Source: Vicugna vicugna
Taxonomy: Eukaryota
Assembly: GCA_013265495.1 (NCBI GenBank)
Contig: MU058065.1
Location: forward strand, 5,890,302-5,954,301
Length of the DNA stretch: 64,000 nt
Direction: 5' to 3'
Both the position numbers and the translations under genes were made by a program. Numbering within the stretch: the stretch's first letter is position 1; each line of letters starts with the position of its first letter. A model generated the notes under the pieces. It did not search any database and was not told the DNA's origin. It saw only the letters and a list, made by a program, of their open reading frames with translations. Shown piece after piece: positions 45,317-55,000 of the stretch.

Positions 45317-48300
45317 ATGCAGCGCCTGCTGTGGTCTGGGGGCTCCCGGGGGCTCTGGCTGCTCCTCTGTTTCCTGCTTCTGAACAGCCGCCCAGGGGGC
45401 TGCAACGACATTGGTGGCCACGGTCAGGAGGAAACCTGGGGGGTGCGGGCAAGGCTAGAGAGCGATTCTGAGCGAAGCACGCTGGGATGGGGGAGCTCAA
45501 GGTTTGGAACTTAAGAGGAAAGTAATGTGTTTAGGGGTGAAAATAGATGAATGTAGAGAGCATCTCGCCCAAAGAGGCGCAGGCTTGGAGTGGGGCTCGG
45601 CATAGGGGCTTTGCGACTCAGAGGACTCAGGGAAGCCCACTCAGGGGAAGACTGGGGATTTGGGAGGAGGACGGGGAAACATGCATTGGGGGAAGTAAAA
45701 CTGGCCTGTGAGGCCGCAAGAAAAGCAAGACGAGCCAAGGGGCCAGGGAAAAGATGCCTATGGCTGAGGGGTAGGCAGGGGACTAGAATCTCTAGACTGC
45801 AGGAGCAGGGACCGCGGGTTATCGGAGTCCTGGCTCCGAAGAGAAGGCTGGGCCGAGGGATGAGCCAAGGCTTCTTTATAAGCCCCCCAGAGCCTGGTGT
45901 CAGCGATCCAATTTCTGCTAAGAAGTGGAAGGCTAGGCCGGGGTAGAAGAGGATGGAGAGAGAAACAGTCCATCCTTTTTCCATCCCCTTCACTCTGAGC
46001 CAGCCAGGTAGACCATCGCTGACTCATGTCTGAGCTGCCAGAGACCGACTGCGCAGACTCAGGGATTCCAGCGCCTGGCGCGTGGGGCAGACGGCGCAAA
46101 CTCAGAGACTAACGCCAACTTTCCTCCCCCTATCTGTGGGGTTTAGATGCCAATGCAGAGGACTCCCGAAGAACTGTGGGAGGAGGCCTGATGTCAAGCG
46201 ACAGGAAGCAAGGCGTGGGGAGCGGGTGGGGGTTGGTTGTAAGGACGATCAAGCCTTGCGGGAATGCCCAGCTCTCTTCACCGCTCAAAGTCGCCCCCAT
46301 GTCAGGCTTCGGCCATCACTCAGCACCGCGGACAGCGCCAGGAGCCCTGTGGGTCTGACCCAGGGTGTCCAGGTCACTGCTTTTCCTATCCGTTCTGGGA
46401 GTGCTGCCTCAGAGAACAATCTCTCCTTCCAGAAGCTCTTTTCCTTCTCAACAGGGTGCTGGAGGTTCTGGTCCTTCCTAAAGCCAGGAAATTAATACTA
46501 GGATCCATTTGACTGGGGAGAATTCCCAGTCCATAATGACTTGTGGTAATTCCACTATAGGGAAAACAAACAAACAAACAGACTCCAGTCCTACCCATCT
46601 ACCTGGAATAAGGAAAGTGTGTATAGCGTTAGGGATTATCTCCATCTCCTTTCCTTCCCTTATGCAGAGTCTGCCAAACTGTGGCTTTCAGGACAAGGAT
46701 CCAGACACTCAAACCCTATACATACCATACTTTTTTTCCTTTAAGGATTCCAGACCTCCTCTGTAATCCCCTCCAGGCTTCAAAGACTTCCCTGAATGCA
46801 ATTTGCCTGTTTTCCATGCCCTGCCTTTTCACCTGATTATCCATTTCATGTGTGTAGCTTTCTGAGTCTCTGCTTATCTTAACCTCCACAGGATGCTCTT
46901 TGCCTGTAAGCTTGGTTCTTACTGGAAGTTGGTGCCAAAGATGAATGAGATTCAGGGGCTGAAGAACAGGGAAAGTGGTGATGGGGAGGGAAATATGAAA
47001 AGAAGGAGGACTTGAAATTAGGAGGGAGTCTGATGAGGGGGACAGAGACCAGTGAACCCAGGGATGTTAGTGGGAGGAAGCTGCTTTCCTTCAACTGGGA
47101 TTTGTAAGTCTTCTGGCCAGGCTCCTTTCTCACACCACTATTTTGCTCTTAGATGGTCAGAGCCAAGTGGGAGTGGGGCAGCTCTGGTCCCTCCAAGGAT
47201 TTACTACCCCAGTCTTCCAGCGCTTGCAAGTTTTCTTCCAGCAGATTGTGCCTCAAGGTGAGTAAAAGGTGAAGAGAGTCTGGGACCTGGTCAGATACAA
47301 GGGTAGGTAATAATGAGGGGCTTTTTATCTGAGAACAGGTTTTCTTCCCCAGATATCTCTTCTTGAAACTTTTCTGTCATGCTTACCTCCTGGAGGACCA
47401 GGTGGGACCAGAGTAAGTGTGGAGCTGGAAGGACAGGCTGTTTGCACTTGAACATCCTGGAAGAACCCAGTAGAGGCTTCTAGAAGAAGCCCTTGGAAGA
47501 TGTCAGCATCCAACTCCTTGAGACTAGCCCCAACCCCAACCACAGGCACTATCTGAGATTTTACAGAGACAGGAATCCTTAAATTCTCAGCCAGAACACA
47601 CACACACACATATACACACACACTTCAGCTTCTGAGTAGGAAGCAGAGCAGATTATAGGACAAATAGAAGGGAGGAATGAAGGGAGTGAGGAGCCTCTTG
47701 AAGACAGATGGCCAACCCTTCCTTATAGCAGAGTTGCATGAATGAGAGAAGAGTCAGATAGGAAATGCAGCTTGAGTTCATTGTACTACTACCACTACGA
47801 ATGTCTATCATGTTTATAATGCCTTAGAGCAGCGGTTCTCAAAGTGCATCTCTGGACCAGTAGCAGCATCACCAGGAGACTTGTTAGAAATGCTAATTCT
47901 TGAGCGTCATCTCAGACCTCTTGAATCAGAAACTCTAGGAGTGAGGAACAACAATCTGTGTTTTAACAAGCTTTTTGGGAGATTCTGATGCACCCTAAAG
48001 TTTGGAAATCACTGTCTTAGTTTTCTCAGCAATTTTTATATCCCTAATCTCATTTAATCCTCACAATAGCATCAAATGAATCAGCAAAAAGAGTATAGTC
48101 TTAATCCTAACTGAACATTTATTACATGCCAGGAACTGTGCTATGCAACTTTTATATGTCATCTCATTTAATTCTCTCCACAAATTGTGATCTTTTATCT
48201 ACCTGAGGGAGAGGGGGAGTGTTGATCTCACTCTGGTCCCTGGAGTGGGCCAGTTAGAACATCCCTGGTGTTAATTCACCACATCTTTTCACCCTGCAGG

Positions 48301-50550
48301 TTTGTTCTGGAAGGATGACATGACCCAGAATGTGATGACCCAGAAGATGGGACACATTAGCAAACTCCATCCCCAGGATCCATGTGTGAGGGTTGGACAG
48401 GCAGCCTTTCCCACCAGAACCACTGGGATGAGGTATGTGAGGCCTATGGTCAGTCCATGCTGTCTGACTGACAGACAGAGCAAGGAGGGAGCAGGCATTA
48501 ATGCAGGTAAGAGCTGCCAGGAGCACTATGAGAATGATTCAGAGGTCCTGTCTGTGATCTGCAGGAAACAGTTCCATGAGCCATTAGTAATGTCTGCAAA
48601 GGGAGAGGAGGCGGGTGCTAACAAGCCTAGGTCCCATTTATCATCCTCATGTCTTTTAGGGGCAAGCAAGAGGAGAAACTTCGACTCTTATTCCCCAAGG
48701 TGAGACCCATGTGTCTTCTCAAGACATGAATCCTGACTTTGGGTCCCATCTCTTTCCCTCAGGGGCTCTGCCACCTTTTTCTGTCTCCTTCTTGATTCCT
48801 GTCTTCCTTCTTCACAGAGCCCAATGGCCAAGGTGAACAAGGATCAGTGCTTTACCTCCAGAGTGGTTTCAAAGGCCTTGAAACAAGAGGTGGCCAACCC
48901 TGTCAAGGTGAGGGCTCACTTTTTCTTGGGAGGCTAGAATCACCAAAGACTTCTTTAAATGAGGGAGGCAGGTGTGAAGGAGGGAATGGGCATTGGGATG
49001 TGAACAAAAAAGCTGAAGAAAATATCTTTCCCAATTGAATGGTACCCAGATTTTCCTGTCTCTCAGACCACCTTTGGGTGTCCAAATAAGAGGTTGAGGG
49101 GCATGATGTAGGTGCTGAGAGCCTCTAAGGGTGAAATGATCTATAGTATCATGAAAAACAATTGAGTTTAAAATAGGCATGCAAAATTGAAGGGTTTCAC
49201 AATTAAGTAAAAGGTCCCTCTTTTCTCCATGCACTCCTCTGTATATAGCAAGTGATAGTGAAGTTACTTTGGATGAATGGAAGAGGTAGCCCAGAGGCCT
49301 TTGCATTCAGCACCTCCCTGCCTTGCTCTACTCTGTGGCCTGAGTGAGCATCCCAAGGTTCTGCATTATCTCTTTGGGATGCTTGAACACTTCAGAATTC
49401 GACTGAAAACACTCATATAGCCCTCCCATCTATCTTTATAGATAAGACATTGGGGCCCAGGCTGGTCAAGCAGCTTACTCAAGGCTTCATAGCAGGTTCG
49501 TGGCAGAGCAAAGACTGGACCCAGGTGTCCTGATTCTCAGCCCTTTCCCCTGAAAAGCCTCTGCCCTTCCTCTCAGGGACTGCAGCAGGGGTTGGGCTGT
49601 CCCACATACCAGACTCTTCAACATGGACAAGTCTTTTTTTGGACTAAGGCCTAAATTACAAGAAGGTGCCAGCCAGAGGACAATATAAAGGAAGGGCATC
49701 CAAGGCAGAGAGCACCATACTGACAAATGCCCTGAGACAAAGATCCATAGTATGTCTGAGGGACAGATGGAAAAGTCAGTGGTAGAGAATTAGGTTAGAG
49801 AATGTAGGACTGGGGTTGACCACACAAGGACTCATAGATCATGGTGGAAGGTTTGGATTTTATTCCAAGTATGGTGGCAAGTCGATGGGGAAATTTTAAG
49901 GAAAGGGATATCATAATGTGATATGATTTGAAAAGACCACTCTAGTGATATTGGGGGATGGATTGTGAGAAAACTAAGAGTGAAAACTAAGAGGCCTATA
50001 AGGAGCTGATCATCCTGGTACAAGGGAGACTGAGGTGGCTTGGACTGGAATGGTGGCAGTGGAGTCAGCACCTCCAGCTGGCCGTGCACTCCATCCAGAG
50101 GCATCCTGCATCTCTGGGGCTTCCAGCCCCTTATGCTCTCCTAGGAAACCTGTTCTCACTCCCATAAGATGGCAGCTGGGCTTCCTAAGCCTGGATCGGC
50201 TGCTGGGTCGGAGCACACAGAGCTAAGTGAAGACCACCTTTGGGAGACTTGTTGGTGTGGTGCTTTCAAGAAAACAAACAAGATACTGCCATGCTTCTCC
50301 AGCCTGAGCCCAAGGGAAAATCACAGGATGAGAACCCTATGAATTCCATGTGGGAGCAAGGGGACAAGCACTCAATCGATGGACTGAGTTACTGTGGGCT
50401 TACTTAAATCAGGCTGTTACTGAAGCATTTTGGAACGACTAGGTGAGGGAGGGGCCACCTTCCCACATACTGATTCCAATCCTTTGTTTCTTGTTTTAGG
50501 GCTTCTTTGAGTCACCCTCCACTGTAGGCCACAACCTTGTCGCTGACTGA
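45317..50550 (+). CDS. RESP18: Regulated endocrine-specific protein 18, complete, 6 coding exons, 174 aa with N-terminal signal peptide
   Basis: Exons 45317-45422, 47153-47257, 48300-48432, 48660-48699, 48818-48907, 50500-50550 (525 nt, all GT-AG, frame preserved). Protein: [174 protein letters not shown]. It resembles rodent RESP18 as I recall it and sits at the expected position between DNPEP and PTPRN. Confidence 0.93.
46319..46339 (+). promoter_or_regulatory. RE1/NRSE (REST-binding) element in RESP18 intron 1
   Basis: CTCAGCACCGCGGACAGCGCC is a near-perfect canonical RE1, at the position homologous to the PTPRN element. Confidence 0.85.
46892..46940 (+). pseudogene. Dead exon: remnant of PTPRN exon 2 within RESP18 intron 1
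   Basis: CCTCCACAG|GATGCTCTTTGCCTGTAAGCTTGGTTCTTACTGGAAGTTGGTGCCAAAG|AT aligns to PTPRN CCTCCACAG|GCTGTCTGTTTGACCGCAGACTCTGCTCTCACCTGGAAGTCTGTATTCAGG|GT, with two 1-nt gaps and donor GT>AT. Confidence 0.8.
47830..48014. mobile_element. MER5A-like hAT-Charlie element in RESP18 intron 2
   Basis: Terminal inverted repeats CAGCGGTTCTCAAA / TTTGGAAATCACTG; internal TTGTTAGAAATGC...GAATCAGAAACTCT...TGTGTTTTAACAAGC. Confidence 0.8.
50064..50145 (+). pseudogene. Dead exon: 3' half of DNPEP exon 14 within RESP18 intron 5
   Basis: CCTCCAGCTGGCCGTGCACTCCATCCAG matches DNPEP CCTCAACTGGCCATGCACTCCATCCGG (PQLAMHSIR); 5' half missing and donor GT replaced (CTAG|GAA); the downstream ATGGCAGCTGGGCTTC matches DNPEP intron 14. 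Confidence 0.85.
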
Positions 50551-50627
50551 GACCTCGTGCAAGCCTCTCTGCCCCAGTGCCCTCCCCATTGCCCTCCAGG
50601 GAGGTAGTTCCAGGATGAATCTCCAAC

Positions 50628-50633
50628 ATTAAA
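50628..50633 (+). terminator. RESP18 polyadenylation signal (ATTAAA)
   Basis: ATTAAAGTG 78 nt after the stop, homologous to the DNPEP ATTAAAGTG at 30418. Confidence 0.7.
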
Positions 50634-51349
50634 GTGGCTTTCATGCAAACTCTCTGTGACTTGCCCTGAGGCAGGATGGGTGGGGTTTGGACCTGGCTAG
50701 AGTCCTCTAAGTGAGAGAGGCAGGACCTGAACAGGGGGTGGGGTGAGAAGAACACAGCGCCTTGGTATTGCTCAAAGGCTGCTTTCTGTCCTGTTTTCCT
50801 TCCTGAAGTAGGGAAAGTGAGGGTGGGACCATAGCTAGAAAGGCTAGCCTTCTCTGCCCACATCTGATGATGCTCTATGATCCAGTTGCCCACCCATCCT
50901 TCCATGTCAGACTTGCTTGGATGGTGCTGTTCTATGAGGGTCTCCACCTCCAGCATTACAGCCCCTGCCAAGGCTCTCCCATTCTTTGTGCTTCCAAGAA
51001 TCAACATAAAAGTGCTGTAATCAAAGTGTACGCACATTAAATGTTTTGCTGACTCTTGCTAGTTTGCTCCTGGTAGCTTAAAATTTTTAAAAGGAGTGAG
51101 TAATCTGATCACTCGTGATCAGCCAAATACCAGAATGTCCTATCCTCAGAGCTTTATACTTCCCAAGACACTCTCATACTCATTGGACATTCACAGGTAC
51201 ATGAAAATGGGCAAATATCTAGATTTTGTTTCTCTAAGAAATTGGGACTTGGCCACACACCACATCCATTTAAACAACCCAGAGAAATTAAGTGACTAGT
51301 TCTTGATGGCACAGATTCTTTGTCATGCTGCTGTTCTTGCCCTCTCTAC

Positions 51350-52080
51350 TTATCAACTATGTCAAAATGCATAAGGCAAAAACTGATAGAACTGACAGGA
51401 GAAATAGAAAAATTCACCTTTATAATTAGAGACTTCAGCACTCCTCTGTCAGTAATTGACAGATCAAGCAGACAGAAGATCAGAAAGGATATAGATGACC
51501 TCAACAGAACAATCATTCAATCTGATCTAATTGATGGTTAGAATATACCATCCAACAACAGCAGAATGCAAATTCTTCTCAAGCTCACATGGAACATTCA
51601 TCAAGATAGACCATCATAAAACACACCCCAACAAATTTAAAAGAAGAGAAATCACACAGAATACATTCTTAGACCATAATGAAGTTAAACTAGAAATCAA
51701 TAACAGAAAGATAGCTGGAAAAATCCCCAAATATATGGAAAACAACACCTTTTTAAATAACCCATGGGCCAAAGAAGAAATTGCAAGAGAAATTTTAAAA
51801 TATTTTGAAGTAAACAAAAATGAAAATACAATTTGTGGCATGCAGTGAAAGCAGTGCTTTGAAGAAAATTTATAGCAATGAATGCATACATTAGAAAGTA
51901 AGAATGACCTAAAATCAATACACTAAGTTCACACTTTAGGAAACTAGAGAAAGAAGAGCAATTTAAGCTTAAAGGCAGCAGAAGAAAATAAACAATAAAA
52001 ATTAGAGCAGAAATCAGTAAAATTGAAAATAGGAAAAGATAGAAATTAATAAAACTCAAAATTCGTTCTTTGAAAAGAAA
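51350..52080 (+). mobile_element. Old L1 ORF2 endonuclease-domain fragment
   Basis: ORF-track peptides IIRDFSTPLSVIDRSSRQKIRKDIDDLNRTI and YHPTTAECKFFSSSHGTFIKIDH are L1 endonuclease sequence, broken by frameshifts and stops. Confidence 0.9.
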
Positions 52081-55000
52081 AAGAATTATTAGAAATTCTA
52101 AAACTTAAAAATGTGAGAACCAAAAATTTAGTTGAATAGGTTTAATAGCAGATTAGAGACAGCTGAAATAGAATTGGTGTACCAGAAGACACGTCAGAAG
52201 AAATTTAGCCTTTCCCTCCAAAAAACACAAAGAGGCAAAGGATGGAAAATAAAGGGAAAAGGGTAAGAAACCAAGAGGATATAGTGAGTAGAGTCACCAT
52301 TTATTTAATTGGCATCCTAGAAAGAAGAGAGAGAATAGGGCATAAGCAGTATTTAAAGAGATTGTAGCCAGAAAATTTCCAAAACTGTTGAAAGATATCA
52401 ATGAACAGATTCAAGATTACCAAGTCTCAAGCAAAATACTAAAAGACAAAAAACTAAAACTAAAACTAACAGAAAACTGACATTTCAGGAAAACAAAGCC
52501 AAAGAGAAAAATCTTATAAGCAGCTGTGAATGTGTGGAGAAGATTATTTTCAAGGGAGCAACATTTAGCCTCATAATTAACTCCACAACAGCAACAAAAG
52601 AAGCCAGAAGATAGAGAAATAACATTTTAAATGTGTTGAAAGAAAGTAACTGTCATTCTAGAATTCTATAACTGACAATTACCCTTCAAAATGAAAGAGT
52701 TCCACATCTGCCTGGGATGTAGGAAGCCCAAAAGATAAACACTCCCATTCTAACAACAAGAAAATAGCTGGTTCAACTACAGAATCACAACTTTTCTTGA
52801 GTGCATCAGAGAGCTGAGGTCACAGAGAGCTGATTTCTTTCAGGGCAGATGTAGATAGAAACTTTCAGGTTCCTTATAAGAAATTTGAGCTGGAAATTTA
52901 AGCCCTGAGCTAATAATTTTTTTGTCAAGTCTCCAGAACATGTAGAAGCAACCAACCCACAACACAACACTCCTTATTTCCCTAAAATATTCTACAGCAA
53001 TAAACTTTTGGTCATCTAAAGTCTTGTCTTCTGTAGGCACTTGATTATAAGTATCTACAGGCAATAATGTGAGGAATTATCTTGCCACTGCATGTCATGG
53101 ACTGCCAATATCCCCTCTACCACTGGAAACAGTCATTAATGCTTTTATATCTAATAGAGCAGAAAACCAATAACAGAAAACCATCAGAGAACACATCCTT
53201 AAGATTCTGTTTCTTTGGAATCACTATCAGTACCAAATTCTTATCAGTCAGGGTTCAATCAGAGAAGCAGATTCACTAGGGATTGTAGCAGCTGTGTTTA
53301 AAGTAACTTTTTTCCCCCTCTCATTTCTTTTCCCTGCTACTTTATATCAGGAGCACTGATATTGACAATGCTTTAGATTTCATATGAGAGTATGTCTGAA
53401 TTAAGGGATGTGTGCATCACTTGTCATAAGGGTACAAAGTTTTCATTCAAACAAAACACAAGGATGGAAGCTAGAATTAAGGTAGATGGTCACCATTTTC
53501 CCACCCATATTTATGCTGCATCATTCTTCATCCTGCTCTATGTCTCCAAGTTGATGTCTTTGGATTGCATAAACCAGAGGACTTTGCTCACTGACTTCCG
53601 GTTAAGTTTAGACAATAGTAGGTATTTGCAAGAGTTTAGAGGCCAAAAAAGGAGAGAGGCCAAGATGAGTATTCCTCTGGCTCCCTCCCTAACAGCTGTG
53701 ACTTCACAAAGGTCTATATTCCTTTACCTGTCCACACCTTTATAAATAGTTACTTTGTTAAACTCTTCTTATTTACTCGGATTGGCCATCTGTTTCAGGC
53801 CAAGTTCAAGACAATAGACTGTACACAGATCAACAAAAAGTAAACTGGAATATAGGTCAAAAGATAAGGTAGAATCATAGAAGGTACCACAAGAAAGTTT
53901 AACACAAATTTACTTGGAATCCCAGAAAGAAAGGAGCAAGTAAATGGGACAGAGTCAATATTTAAAGAGATAATGTCTGAGAATGTTTCAAAACTGATGA
54001 AAGGCATGAGCCCATGTAGTCAAGAAGCCCTTTGAATATCAAAGAGAATAAATAAAAAGAAATTCTCCCCTAGTCACAGCCTAGTGAAACTGTGGATAAA
54101 GGCAAGTTATCTACAAAGGAATAACAATTATACTGACAGATAATCTCTCAAAAAATAAAAAATAAAAAGGAGGGAGAAGGGGATCAGATGAGCAATAACT
54201 TAAGTTTGCCCCTATATTCTACTCTCCACCAATTTTTACCCAGTTTTCTGTCCCAAGAGGCTGACCTGTGTGGACTACTTCAATGAGTTCCCTGTTCCTC
54301 TGGATTCTGGTTTGGTTTAGGACAAAGGTAATACTTAGAAGCAGATCAGAGGGAGGGAATGAAGAGAATGAAGAGAGACTACCTATTTCCACAGCTTCTT
54401 CCCTGTGAGAAGGTACAGGCTGTCTGCCTCCCCTGGCACATATGTGCAACAGGAAACATGTACAAGAGTATATATGTATATATTTATATACGTGTGTGTG
54501 TGTATATATACGTATACATATACATATATATATGTGTGTATATATATATACAATCACACCATTCATGATAACCCAAGACTGGAGATAATCTAAAATCAAT
54601 GTTTATTAGTTTTTCTTTACAGTTTTATAACCTATGCATGCATCCTTAGGTTATAAAATCATAAAGAAAAGCAAGGAAACATTGTCAAGTAGAGAATGGA
54701 TAATGGTTACCTTTGGGAAGAGGTTATGACTAGGGGACAAAATAATGCTTCCAGGATGTTAGAAATGTTCAATTTCTGGACCTGGGTTACATGGGTGTTC
54801 ATTTGGTGATAATTTATTGAGCTATTCATTTTTGTTTTATGCATTTTCTGCTTTTCATATTACACAATTTACAAAGTTTTAAAAAAGGAAATAAATAGGG
54901 TGAAGTGATAAAGATGGCAGGGAGAATTGTGGAAGGTGCAGAGACGACTTTCCTGAGTACGCCTTATTATATAGGTTTGACTTTTGAACAACATTTTACA

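Noticed and set aside
50417..51037. 206-aa ORF antisense to the RESP18 last exon
   Set aside because: No recognisable homology and a non-ATG start; most likely chance.
51320..51848. ORFs with endonuclease-like peptide as a host gene
   Set aside because: Frameshifted fragment of L1 ORF2.
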